DNA of 64,000 nt from Woeseiaceae bacterium (GTDB lineage: Bacteria; Pseudomonadota; Gammaproteobacteria; Steroidobacterales; Woeseiaceae). The position numbers were made by a program, and so were the translations under genes. Within the stretch, counting starts at the first letter, position 1. Every line of letters starts with the position of its first letter. The stretch spans positions 31,468 through 95,467 of the forward strand of contig JBFIHC010000001.1 in assembly GCA_041601995.1 (NCBI GenBank), given 5' to 3'. Shown here piece by piece: positions 1 through 9,463 of this stretch. The notes beneath the pieces were generated by a model. The model did not search any database. It was not told the DNA's origin and saw only the letters and a list, made by a program, of their open reading frames with translations.

Positions 1-991
1 ATTGCTGGGTTCGCGTCGGCATCCCCGTCGAGGGTCCGGTACGCTGCACGTTGAAAATGACCGCCGGTATCTCGGCATAGTAGCCGAAACCGATGAACTC
101 GCTCATGAGCGAGATACCGGGGCCGCTCGTCGGCGTAAAAGAACGCGCACCCATCCAGCTTGCGCCGAGCACCATGCCGATTGCGGCGAGCTCGTCCTCG
201 GCCTGGATAATCGCGTAGGTTCTTTTCCCGGTTTCGGGATCGACGCGGTACTTGGCACAAAACGCCCGGAAGCCGTCCATCAGTGAGGTAGACGGGGTAA
301 TCGGATACCAGGCACCTACGGTGGCGCCTGCGTAAACGCAGCCAAGGGCGGAAGCCGTGTTGCCATCGATTACGATGTGCTTGCTCGTCGCGTCCATCTT
401 TTCCACCTTCGGCGGCGCGGGACCATCGAAGTTCTCTTTCGCGTAGTTGTAGCCGAGGTGGATGGCTTCCATGTTGGCTGCAATGAGATGCTGCTTCTCG
501 GCAAACGTTTCTTCGAGCAGCCCCTTGATCACTTCGAGATCGATATGCGTGAGCGCAGCAATAACGCCCACGTAAGCAATATTCTTCATCAGGATGCGCG
601 TGCGCACACCGTCGAAATGCTCGTTGCACATACGCGAGAGCGGCACGCCGACGATGTTGATATCGTCCCGGTTCATCTGCCGGCTGCGCGGCCAGGTCGA
701 GTCGTAAATCAACCACCCGCCCGGCACGACGTCCGCCATGTCCTGGGCATAGGTCTGCACGTTCATCGCCACCATGATGTCGACGCGATCCGACCGCGCC
801 TGGTAACCGTCGCTGGTCACGCGGATCTCGTACCAGGTCGGAAGGCCCTGGATATTCGACGGGAAATAATTTTTCCCGACGACGGGGACGCCCATCCGGA
901 ATATGGCCTTGCGCAACAAGCCGTTCGCGCTTGCGGAACCGGTGCCGTTAACCGTGGCGATCTTGATGACGATGTCGTTGGTTCCTGCCAC
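1..991 (-). CDS. korA: 2-oxoacid:acceptor (ferredoxin) oxidoreductase alpha subunit with N-terminal gamma domain. Partial: the C-terminal part lies beyond the window start.
   Basis: My own minus-strand translation from GTG at 991 gives VAGTNDIVIKIATVNGTGSASANGLL...GNTASALGCVYAGATVGAWYPITPSTSL...GASWMGARSFTPTSGPGISLMSEFIGFGYYAEIPAVIFNVQRTGPSTGMPTRTQQ, which are typical OFOR gamma+alpha motifs. It is absent from the ORF track because it runs off the window. Confidence 0.85.
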   Translation of the reverse strand, partial: MAGTNDIVIKIATVNGTGSASANGLLRKAIFRMGVPVVGKNYFPSNIQGLPTWYEIRVTSDGYQARSDRVDIMVAMNVQTYAQDMADVVPGGWLIYDSTWPRSRQMNRDDINIVGVPLSRMCNEHFDGVRTRILMKNIAYVGVIAALTHIDLEVIKGLLEETFAEKQHLIAANMEAIHLGYNYAKENFDGPAPPKVEKMDATSKHIVIDGNTASALGCVYAGATVGAWYPITPSTSLMDGFRAFCAKYRVDPETGKRTYAIIQAEDELAAIGMVLGASWMGARSFTPTSGPGISLMSEFIGFGYYAEIPAVIFNVQRTGPSTGMPTRTQQ

Positions 992-1006
992 TCGATGACC
1001 TTCCGT

Positions 1007-2824
1007 TCAGGCGGCGGTTACGCCAGCCTTTTTCTTCGGTTTTGCGTCGGCCGCCTCGTCCGTTGCGTAGGGAATGAGAACTTGCGATTTCTGCATGTCC
1101 CATGCTCCGGTCGGGCAGCGCTCCGCGCACAAACCGCAGTGCACACAGATATCCTCGTCCTTCACCATGACGCGAGACGTGTGGGGAAGCTCGGCGGACA
1201 CGTACAGCGCCTGCTCGAGATTTTCCGCCGAGGCGGACAGCCGTGTGCGCAGATCCGCCTCGTCGCCGTTGTGGGTGATCGTCAGGCAGTTGACGGGGCA
1301 GATATCGATGCAGGCATCGCACTCGATACACAGTTTCGCCGTGAATACCGTCTGGATGTCGCAGTTCAGGCAGCGCTCGACTTCCTGGATCGTCTGCTCC
1401 ACGGTAAACCCGAGCTCGACCTCGATATCGAGTTTCTTGAACCGCTCCCTGAGGTCCACGTGCGGCATGATGCGCCGCTCTGACGGGTCGAAATCGTTCG
1501 AGTAACTCCACTCGTGCATGCCCATCTTCTGAGACAGGAGATTGACGCCCTGCGGCATGCGCTCCGTGACGTCCTCGCCCTGGCAATACTTATGAATGGA
1601 GATCGCGGCTTCGTGGCCGTGCGCGACCGCCCAGATAATGTTCTTGGGGCCGAAAGCGGAGTCACCTCCGAAGAACACGCCTTCCCGGGTGCACATCATG
1701 GTGTTCTCGTCGACCACCGGGCAATCCCACTCATTGAATTCGATGCCGATGTCGCGCTCGATCCAGGGAAACGCGTTGTCCTGCCCGATCGCGAGGATCA
1801 CGTCATCACAGGGAATCGTCGTTTCGCCCGTGACCGTGCCGCGATCGATGCGTCCGTCCTCGCCAATCTTGTATTCCATCAACTCGAAGGTCATGCCCAC
1901 GAGTTTGCCGTCCTCGATCACGAATTCCTTCGGCGAGTGATTGACGAGAATCTCGACGTTCTCCTCCTCGGCGTCTTCGAGCTCCCATTCGGACGCCTTG
2001 AAGAACCCGCGAGGCTTGCGAGCCATCACCTTCACGTCCCTCGCGCCGAGACGAAGCGAAGTTCGGCAGCAATCCATCGCCGTATTTCCGACGCCGATGA
2101 TCAGTACGCGTTCGCCGATCTCCTCGATGTGCTCGAATGCGACGGATTCCAGCCAATCGATCCCGATATGTATGCGCTCGCTGTCGTAACGACCCGGGAT
2201 CTCGAGATTCTTGCCACGGGGTGCCCCGGTGCCGACGAAGACAGCGTCGAATTCACCGCTGTCGAGCAGCTCTTTCATGCTGTCGATGCGGTGGTTCATT
2301 TTCAGGTCGACGCCCATTTCGACGATGTAGTTGATCTCTTCGTCGAGAACCTCGGGCGGCAGGCGGAAGCGCGGAATATTGGTGCGCATCAGGCCGCCGG
2401 TGGCGTCGAGCGCCTCGAAAATCGTGACGTCGTAACCGAGCGGCCGGAGGTCGTTCGCGACGGTCAGCGATGCGCAACCGCAGCCAATCAGCGCCACCTT
2501 CTTGCCGTTGCTTTCCGCTCCTTTGGGCAGTTGTTCCGTAATGTCTTCGCGATGATCGGCGGCGACGCGTTTCAACCGGCAGATGGCGACCGGCTTCTCG
2601 TCTACACGTCCGCGCCGGCAAGCGGGTTCGCAGGGTCGGTCGCAGACGCGGCCGAGTATGCCCGGAAATACGTTCGACTTGCGGTTCTCGATGTAGGCGT
2701 CACCGAAGCGACCCTGTGCGATGAGTCTTATATATAGAGGGACGTCAGTATGGGCAGGGCAGGCCCACTGGCAATCGACCACCTTGTGAAAGTAGTCGGG
2801 GTTTGAGGTATCAGTCGGCTTCAT
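1007..2824 (-). CDS. Glutamate synthase small-subunit-like NAD(P)H-dependent FAD oxidoreductase fused to a C-terminal 2x[4Fe-4S] ferredoxin domain
   Basis: 605-aa ORF. It has an N-terminal Cys cluster (CQWACPAHTDVP...CDRPCEPAC), dinucleotide folds (VALIGCGCASL, VLIIGVGNTAMDC) and C-terminal CIECDACIDICP and CVHCGLCAERCP motifs. It ends 16 nt upstream of korA on the same strand. Confidence 0.85.
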   Translation of the reverse strand: MKPTDTSNPDYFHKVVDCQWACPAHTDVPLYIRLIAQGRFGDAYIENRKSNVFPGILGRVCDRPCEPACRRGRVDEKPVAICRLKRVAADHREDITEQLPKGAESNGKKVALIGCGCASLTVANDLRPLGYDVTIFEALDATGGLMRTNIPRFRLPPEVLDEEINYIVEMGVDLKMNHRIDSMKELLDSGEFDAVFVGTGAPRGKNLEIPGRYDSERIHIGIDWLESVAFEHIEEIGERVLIIGVGNTAMDCCRTSLRLGARDVKVMARKPRGFFKASEWELEDAEEENVEILVNHSPKEFVIEDGKLVGMTFELMEYKIGEDGRIDRGTVTGETTIPCDDVILAIGQDNAFPWIERDIGIEFNEWDCPVVDENTMMCTREGVFFGGDSAFGPKNIIWAVAHGHEAAISIHKYCQGEDVTERMPQGVNLLSQKMGMHEWSYSNDFDPSERRIMPHVDLRERFKKLDIEVELGFTVEQTIQEVERCLNCDIQTVFTAKLCIECDACIDICPVNCLTITHNGDEADLRTRLSASAENLEQALYVSAELPHTSRVMVKDEDICVHCGLCAERCPTGAWDMQKSQVLIPYATDEAADAKPKKKAGVTAA

Positions 2825-2962
2825 TCTGTTGCCACGCCCGCTTCCCGGCGAACGGGCCGATCACACATTGTGGGCTAGCATAACGACATCGACCGGAAAG
2901 TAAACCGTTTTGGTCGCAGCCAGCGGCAACGGCAAAAAATGAATCGCGGCATGTTATTAGCG

Positions 2963-4303
2963 CTACCTGGCGCGGCCGAACTCCAGCCGCTGCCCGGCGA
3001 TGTTCTTCGTCAGCTCGCCGTCGCGGTAAACCACCTCTCCATTGACAATCGTCGTGTCGATCGTCGACGAGAATTCGTGGCCCTCGAACGGCGACCAGTG
3101 GCACTTGCAGAGCAGGTTGGTCTTGTCCACCCGGAAAGGTTTGTCGGGATCGACGATCACGAGATCCGCGAACCAACCTTCGCGAACGTAGCCTCGCTCC
3201 TTCACGCCGAACAGGTCCGCCGGCGCGTGGCATGCACGATCGACGATCAGTTCGTGAGTAATTTCACCCCGCGCCGCGAGATCGAACAGCACCAGCAAAG
3301 CGTGCTGCACCAGGGGTAATCCCGCAGGTGCCTTGAAATAGCTTTGCCTCTTCTCGTTGACCGTGTGCGGCGCGTGATCGGTCGCGATGATATCGATGCG
3401 CCCCTCGTTCAGTGCTTTCACGAGCGCCACCCGGTCGCTCGCCGCCTTGATCGCCGGATTGCACTTGATCCTCGTCCCGAGATCCTCGTAACGCGACTCG
3501 TCGAACCAAAGGTGATGCACGCAAACCTCCGCCGTGATGCGCTTTTCGGACCGATGCGCCTTCGAAAACAGCGCCATCTCGACCGCGGTCGTCAGGTGCA
3601 GAACATGCAGCAGCGCGTCGAAGCGACGGGCCATGTCCACGGCAAAACTCGACGATTTCAGGCAGGCGGCGGCAGAACGTATGGCGGGATGCTCCGACAT
3701 GGGCACGGAGTCACCAAATTCGGCGCGGGCTTTCGCTTCGTTATCCCAGATTGTCGGCGAGTGCTCGCAATGCGTGACCACCATCACCGGCGCGTGCTGG
3801 AATATGCGCTCGAGCGCTGCCGGGTCGTCAACCAGCATGTCACCCGTCGATGCGCCCATGAATACCTTGATGCCACAGGCTTCCCCGACTTCGAGGCCCT
3901 TGATTTCTTCGATGTTGCGGTTGGTCGCGCCGAGATAAAAACCGTAATTTGCCGTGCAACGGTGCTCGGCCCTTGCGTATTTCTCGGCCAGCGCCTGCCG
4001 GTTCGTCGTCTGGGGATTCACGTTCGGCATATCCATGAAGCTGGTAATGCCGCCGGCGACGGCCGCCGCGGACTCGGTGGCCAGGTCCCCCTTGTTGGTA
4101 AGCCCCGGCTCGCGGAAATGCACCTGGTCGTCGATCATGCCCGGCAACAGCAGCCGCCCGCCCGCATCGATGACCTCGACGCCCTCCACCGGGGCGATGG
4201 AGGATGCAATCTTGCTGATTCGCTCGCCTTCGACGAGTACATCGGCGTCTCGCGTCTCGCTGTCATTGACGAGACGGGCATTGGTGATAAGCAGTCTGTT
4301 CAA
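2963..4303 (-). CDS. pyrC: Dihydroorotase, long (about 445 aa) cyclic amidohydrolase type
   Basis: 446-aa ORF with amidohydrolase signatures DDQVHFREPG, IKVFMGAS, VTHCEH, LHVLHLTT and IATDHAPH. Confidence 0.85.
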   Translation of the reverse strand: MNRLLITNARLVNDSETRDADVLVEGERISKIASSIAPVEGVEVIDAGGRLLLPGMIDDQVHFREPGLTNKGDLATESAAAVAGGITSFMDMPNVNPQTTNRQALAEKYARAEHRCTANYGFYLGATNRNIEEIKGLEVGEACGIKVFMGASTGDMLVDDPAALERIFQHAPVMVVTHCEHSPTIWDNEAKARAEFGDSVPMSEHPAIRSAAACLKSSSFAVDMARRFDALLHVLHLTTAVEMALFSKAHRSEKRITAEVCVHHLWFDESRYEDLGTRIKCNPAIKAASDRVALVKALNEGRIDIIATDHAPHTVNEKRQSYFKAPAGLPLVQHALLVLFDLAARGEITHELIVDRACHAPADLFGVKERGYVREGWFADLVIVDPDKPFRVDKTNLLCKCHWSPFEGHEFSSTIDTTIVNGEVVYRDGELTKNIAGQRLEFGRAR

Positions 4304-4351
4304 TCGACCGTGTCCCTGTTGGGCGCGTAGCCAGCCCTCATTATGAGAGCC

Positions 4352-6409
4352 TCAGTGATCAAAAGCCACGGCCCGGCCTTCCCCGAGGTCGATGAAGCGC
4401 GTGGCTGAGGCGAGCGCGTGGCTGCGATGCGCGATGCTTATCGACGTGACGTCGAGGGCCTCGAGGTTTTCGATGACGCGGCGCTCGATGACGTGGTCGA
4501 GCTGACTGGTCGCCTCATCCAGGAACAGTATGCGGGGCTGCCGGTAAATCGCCCGCGCCAGCAGCAGCCGTTGTGCCTGCCCGCCGGAAAGACCGCCATC
4601 GGCCCCTGAAAGCGGAGTGTGGACGCCCATGGGCAGGTCCTCGATGTCATCCCATACCGCAGCGATTCGCGCCGATTCGCGCAACCGCCCGATGTCGGCA
4701 TCGCCCTCGAAGCCCGAGATATTGTCGGCGACGGAGCCCTCGAAGAGGCGGTCCGACTGCAGCACGATGCCGATTTGCCGACGCAGGACATTGCGGTCCC
4801 AGAGTCTCGAGTCCATGCCGTCGTAACGGATCCGCCCGCGGTCGGCGTCGAGTGAGCAGGACAGCAGGCGCAGCAGCGTGGTCTTGCCACTGCCTGACGG
4901 TCCGCGTATCACGATCGACTCGCGCGCCAGGATCTCCACCGTGACGCCACGGAGCAGCGGCGGCCCACCCGGATAGCGGAACTCGATGGCCTCGCAGGCG
5001 AGCCCGCCCCGCAGTCTCCGCCGCAGCGCGTGGCGCGGAGGATCCGGCTCGGGGGTCTCGGCGACGATCTCCGCGACACGGTCCACGTGTGATCGCACGA
5101 GATAGAGCTGTCGTGCCGCGCCGAGCAATTCGATCGATGCCCCCATCAGGGTACCGCGGAGGCTCAGGAACGCGAACAACACGCCCAGCGTGATCCGTTT
5201 GTCGAGCACGCCGCCGATACCGACGGCAAGAAACAGGGCGTATTCCAACACCATGATCACGCCCTGGCCGCCTCCCGCGACTATCGCCAGCTGTTGCTTG
5301 CGCGTCTCCGCGTTGATCGCCGTGGTAAATCCTTGCTGCCAGTGCGCGAGACGCTGCGCCCCCAGGCTCATCGCGTTAACTGCGGGGTAAGCGCGCAGAG
5401 ATTCGATCAGTGAATTTCCGGCTCTCGCCGCCGCCACGACAAACTCGGTGTTGAGCGCGCGCGAGCGTGGCAGCAGCGACGCGTGCAGCAACGCGATCAA
5501 CAGCACCGATACCACGGTGATCGCGGTTAGCCGCCTGCTGTAGACGAACATCAGCGTCAGCGTCGCGACAAGGACTGCGGCCTGGACCACGAGTTGCAGG
5601 CTGGTATCGGTCAGCGCCACCCGCAGCGGCTGCATTGAATCCACCCGTGACATCAGGTCGCCGACGGACCGGCGCCCGACAGTGGCGGCCGGCAGCCGCA
5701 GCAAGTGGCGGATGATCAGGGTCGTCGAATCCGCCGCTATCCGCATCCCGGCATAAAGGGCGATTCGCCGCCGCAGCGTATCGATAACCACCGCCGCCAG
5801 CATGACCAGCGCGAGGCCGACGATAAGCTTGCGCAGCCACAGCCGGTCCTGGCCGAGCACCACCTCGTCGATCAGCAGCTGCGTGGCAACGGGTGGCGCG
5901 AGCGACAACAGCTGCGTCGCAACGAGCAGGAACAGCATCAGCGCGAGGTACCGCGGCAGACCGCGGAACGACCGCAGGAGGCCCGCGACCGAGGGTGCGT
6001 GCCGCTCCGACTGTTTCGGGGAGCCGGGTGCGGGCGTGAACTCGACAGCAACGCCGGTGAACCCGCGGCTGAATTCCTGCCGGTCGACGATTCGTCGACC
6101 CACCGCCGGGTCGTTTATGACAATGCGGCGGCCGACCCTGACCAACACGACGAAATGGTCGAACTCCCAGTGCAGCAGGGCCGGCAGGCCCAGTTGCCGC
6201 ACTTCCGCGACGCCCAGTCGTATTGGCCGGCCGACCAGCCCGATCGCGTCGGCAACATCGAGCATCGACCGCAGGTCCGGCCGCGGCTCTCCGAAGCGCC
6301 GGCGCATTGCCGTGAGGTCGAGGTCGTGCCCGAAGTGATTGGCGATCATCGTAATGGCGGCCAGGCCGCACTCCGTCCGCCGCGACTGCAGTATGACGGG
6401 TGCCGTCAT
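4352..6409 (-). CDS. ABC transporter with N-terminal C39 (double-glycine) peptidase domain, bacteriocin/peptide exporter type
   Basis: C39 catalytic Cys context QSRRTECGLAAITMIANHFG, plus downstream His (HWEFDHFVVL) and Asp (INDPA). Six-TM ABC membrane domain. Walker A GPSGSGKTT, signature LSGGQAQR, Walker B ILFLDEATS. I chose the start at ATG 6409 (MTAPVILQ), 2 nt after the HlyD stop; the track ORF extends to 6469. Confidence 0.9.
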   Translation of the reverse strand: MTAPVILQSRRTECGLAAITMIANHFGHDLDLTAMRRRFGEPRPDLRSMLDVADAIGLVGRPIRLGVAEVRQLGLPALLHWEFDHFVVLVRVGRRIVINDPAVGRRIVDRQEFSRGFTGVAVEFTPAPGSPKQSERHAPSVAGLLRSFRGLPRYLALMLFLLVATQLLSLAPPVATQLLIDEVVLGQDRLWLRKLIVGLALVMLAAVVIDTLRRRIALYAGMRIAADSTTLIIRHLLRLPAATVGRRSVGDLMSRVDSMQPLRVALTDTSLQLVVQAAVLVATLTLMFVYSRRLTAITVVSVLLIALLHASLLPRSRALNTEFVVAAARAGNSLIESLRAYPAVNAMSLGAQRLAHWQQGFTTAINAETRKQQLAIVAGGGQGVIMVLEYALFLAVGIGGVLDKRITLGVLFAFLSLRGTLMGASIELLGAARQLYLVRSHVDRVAEIVAETPEPDPPRHALRRRLRGGLACEAIEFRYPGGPPLLRGVTVEILARESIVIRGPSGSGKTTLLRLLSCSLDADRGRIRYDGMDSRLWDRNVLRRQIGIVLQSDRLFEGSVADNISGFEGDADIGRLRESARIAAVWDDIEDLPMGVHTPLSGADGGLSGGQAQRLLLARAIYRQPRILFLDEATSQLDHVIERRVIENLEALDVTSISIAHRSHALASATRFIDLGEGRAVAFDH

Positions 6410-6411
6410 TA

Positions 6412-7722
6412 TCAGGAGCGCACCGGGTCTCCGGACACGGAACGCAGGAGCCAGCGGTAGAGTGGCCATCTTGCGCGTACCAGGTCGGCCTGGAAGGTCG
6501 TCCCGGGAGCCAGCGGCCAGCTCCGCTCGCCGGTCTCAATCGCACGGCGCCCGAGCCGCGCCCGGACTACGAACACCGGGCCTGCGAGCGGCACGTCCGC
6601 ATCGATCTCGGCGGGCGGCAGGGCCACGGCAGAGATCGCCGTGACGACGGCACTCAGCGTCCCGAAGAACGGGTGCGGGAATGCCTGCAGCTGCAGTTCG
6701 ACGCGCTGCCCCACGGAGACCCTGCCGGCGCTGGCGGGGCTCAGGAACAGGCGTGCCTCGAGGCGACCCTCCGGCGCGTACACGGTCATGACGACATCGC
6801 CGGCGGCAATGTCTTCGCCGGCGCGCACGGTGAGACCCGTAACAATGCCGGCCCCGGGGGCAGTCATCTCGAGCGTGGACTGCAGCTCGCTCGCGGCAAT
6901 CTGCCGCAGGATCGTCTCCCGCCGGGCGCCTGTCTCCCGGCGCATGGCTGCCAGCATGCTCCTGTCCTGGGCAAGCTGCTGCTCGATCGTCAGGCGCTCG
7001 TCCTGCAGCGCCAGCACCCGTTGCTCCGCCGAAAGGCTCGCTGCCCTCGACGCCAGGACGGCAGCCGCCGAGTCAGCGGCCGCATCCTCGGCAATCGCAT
7101 TCGCTACCCGCAGCCGTGCGACTCTGCCTGCCCGCGCCGCCACGATCACGGCTCGTTCCTCGCGTGTCAGTGCTTCGGCCCGGGCCGCGTCGATCCGCGT
7201 CCCGGTCAGCTGCAGCCGTCGAAGCAACAGGCGCTCGCGCGCGGCGGCCAGCTCGGCCTGCCGTTCGACAACCTCATCGAGCAATTGCAGTTCCCGCTGC
7301 AGCGATGCCATGCGCGCGGCGAGCTCCGGCTCCCGGTCCGGGGCGCGCTGCTGCCCGGACAGGCGCAGGATTACCTGGCCCGGCCGCACCCTGTCGCCGT
7401 TTGCGACTGGCAGGTACTCGACATGACCGGAACGTGGTGCCTTGATTTTCAACAGGCCTTCGGCCGGCAGCAACACGCCGTAGCTCCTCACGCGGTCGGG
7501 AATCTCGATCGACGCGACCGCCCCACCCAGCATTGCGATCACTGCGCATGCAACAGCCATCACGAGCCGCGTCGACGGCGGCAGCGCCACCCTCGCGGGC
7601 CCGAACCAGCGCTGCCGCCTCGAAGCCAGGGCCTGTGCCCGGAACAGCGGCGTGGCTTCCCGCGGGCCGCAATCGGACACGGCTCGGCAAACTGTCGGAT
7701 GATCGTTCACCGCCCCATGCAA
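6412..7722 (-). CDS. HlyD-family membrane fusion (secretion adaptor) protein
   Basis: 436-aa ORF with the N-terminal LFRAQAL motif, one TM, a long coiled-coil region and a beta-barrel C-terminus. It sits immediately upstream of the C39 ABC transporter. Confidence 0.85.
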   Translation of the reverse strand: MHGAVNDHPTVCRAVSDCGPREATPLFRAQALASRRQRWFGPARVALPPSTRLVMAVACAVIAMLGGAVASIEIPDRVRSYGVLLPAEGLLKIKAPRSGHVEYLPVANGDRVRPGQVILRLSGQQRAPDREPELAARMASLQRELQLLDEVVERQAELAAARERLLLRRLQLTGTRIDAARAEALTREERAVIVAARAGRVARLRVANAIAEDAAADSAAAVLASRAASLSAEQRVLALQDERLTIEQQLAQDRSMLAAMRRETGARRETILRQIAASELQSTLEMTAPGAGIVTGLTVRAGEDIAAGDVVMTVYAPEGRLEARLFLSPASAGRVSVGQRVELQLQAFPHPFFGTLSAVVTAISAVALPPAEIDADVPLAGPVFVVRARLGRRAIETGERSWPLAPGTTFQADLVRARWPLYRWLLRSVSGDPVRS

Positions 7723-7813
7723 CCATCCCGGGCACTCCGCCGCGAGGTGTGATTCCGCGCAATTCGCGAATATTTTGCGACGCCAGCCCGTGTGTGCGAT
7801 AACCGCAAGTCAT

Positions 7814-9346
7814 ATGCCGGCAGCCACCAGAAACACTGACGAATACCTGCAGCGCATCGAAAACGCGTGCGTGTACGACGTCGCCCGCGAAACGCCGCTG
7901 GAACTCGCCAGCACTCTCTCTGCACGCTTTCACAACCGCATCTGGCTGAAACGCGAGGATCTGCAGCCCGTGTTCTCGTTCAAACTTCGCGGCGCCTACA
8001 ACAAGATTGCATCCCTGCCCGACGCGGCATTGCAGGCTGGCGTGATTTGCAGTTCGGCCGGCAACCATGCGCAGGGTGTTGCGCTTGCCGCGAAACGCCG
8101 TGGTGTACGGGCGGTGATCGTGATGCCCGTTACCACGCCTTCGATCAAGGTGGATGCGGTACGTGCCCTTGGCGGCGAGGTCGTCCTGCACGGCGATACC
8201 TACGACGACGCGTTCGCGCATGCCAGCGCCCTGCAGGAACAGCAGGGACTCACCTTCATCCACCCGTTCGATGACCCGGATGTCATCGCGGGCCAGGCCA
8301 CGATCGGCGTCGAAGTCATGGAGCAGAGCGGCGGCAAGGTCGATGCGATATTCGTTCCCATCGGCGGTGGCGGCCTGATTGCCGGGATCGCGGTGTACGT
8401 GAAGGCGCTGTACCCGGATGTCAGGATCATCGGCGTCGAGCCGGACGATTCCGCCGCGATGCAGGCGTCACTGGATGCCGGTAAACCGGTCAGGCTCGAC
8501 CACGTCGGCATCTTCGCGGATGGCGTCGCCGTGCGCCGTGTCGGCGAGGAAACCTTTCGCCTCTGCCAGCAGCACGTGGACGAGATCATAACCGTCGATA
8601 CCGACCATATCTGCGCGGCGATACAGGACATCTTCGAAGACACCCGCTCGATCGTCGAGCCGGCCGGCGGGCTCGCAATAGCGGGCGCCAAGAAATACAT
8701 CGTCGACAACGAGGTCTCAGGCGAGGATCTCGTCGCGATCTGCTGCGGCGCCAACGTTAATTTCGACCGCCTCCGGCACATCGCGGAACGAGCCGCCATT
8801 GGCGAGGAGAAGGAGATGCTGCTCGCCGTCGAGATCCCCGAGAAACCGGGCAGCTTTCGCCGGTTCTGCGAAGCGCTCGGGCGGCGCAGCGTCACCGAGT
8901 TCAACTACCGCTACAGCGACTCGGCGAAAGCGCACATTTTTGTCGGAGTGGAGTTGCGCCACGGCCGGCCGGAACGTGGCGAACTGGTAGAGCAGCTTCG
9001 GGCGGAGGGTTACCGGGTGAAAGACCTCAGCGACAACGAGATGGCCAAACTGCACGTGCGGCACATGGTCGGTGGACGATCGCCGAGAATTGCCAACGAA
9101 CGGCTTTACCGGTTCGAATTCCCCGAACGTCCGGGCGCGCTCCTCGATTTCCTGAACGCGATCGGCACCGATTGGAACATCAGTTTGTTCCACTATCGCA
9201 ATCACGGCTCCGATTACGGCCGCATCCTCGCGGGTATCGACGTACCCGAGCGCGACACGGCGGAACTGGAAGCGCACCTCGCAGACCTCGGTTACGCGCA
9301 TTGGGAAGAGAGCGACAACCCCGCCTACCGCATCTTCCTCGCCTGA
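7814..9346 (+). CDS. ilvA: Biosynthetic threonine ammonia-lyase (threonine dehydratase) with two C-terminal ACT-like regulatory repeats
   Basis: PLP motif FSFKLRGAYNK, GGGGLIAG loop, about 510 aa. Start chosen at ATG 7814 (MPAATRNTDEYLQRI). Confidence 0.93.
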   Translation: MPAATRNTDEYLQRIENACVYDVARETPLELASTLSARFHNRIWLKREDLQPVFSFKLRGAYNKIASLPDAALQAGVICSSAGNHAQGVALAAKRRGVRAVIVMPVTTPSIKVDAVRALGGEVVLHGDTYDDAFAHASALQEQQGLTFIHPFDDPDVIAGQATIGVEVMEQSGGKVDAIFVPIGGGGLIAGIAVYVKALYPDVRIIGVEPDDSAAMQASLDAGKPVRLDHVGIFADGVAVRRVGEETFRLCQQHVDEIITVDTDHICAAIQDIFEDTRSIVEPAGGLAIAGAKKYIVDNEVSGEDLVAICCGANVNFDRLRHIAERAAIGEEKEMLLAVEIPEKPGSFRRFCEALGRRSVTEFNYRYSDSAKAHIFVGVELRHGRPERGELVEQLRAEGYRVKDLSDNEMAKLHVRHMVGGRSPRIANERLYRFEFPERPGALLDFLNAIGTDWNISLFHYRNHGSDYGRILAGIDVPERDTAELEAHLADLGYAHWEESDNPAYRIFLA

Positions 9347-9463
9347 CATATCGACCCGGATAGGACGCCATAGCCCGGGCACGCACCGTTATTCCAAAAA
9401 GTTTGCAACCATTACCGGCTCCGGGGCATCCCATTACCAGGAAGGCCGATATCGGGGTGTCGT

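Noticed and set aside
377-2737. Plus-strand ORFs 377..1483 and 1514..2737
   Set aside because: They are antisense to korA and to the GltD-like/ferredoxin gene, which have strong motif support. No motifs are present in the plus-strand products.
5376-7752. Alternative-frame or antisense ORFs 5376..6545 (-) and 6400..7752 (+) over the exporter genes
   Set aside because: They overlap the C39 ABC transporter and HlyD genes and encode Arg/Pro/Ala-rich low-complexity products. Rejected in favour of the motif-bearing frames.
4303-7814. A double-glycine bacteriocin precursor flanking the C39 exporter
   Set aside because: The flanking gaps (4303..4352 and 7722..7814) are too short for a precursor gene, and no small GG-leader ORF was seen within them. 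The 53-aa ORF at 9464 has a Sec-type N-terminus rather than a GG-leader.
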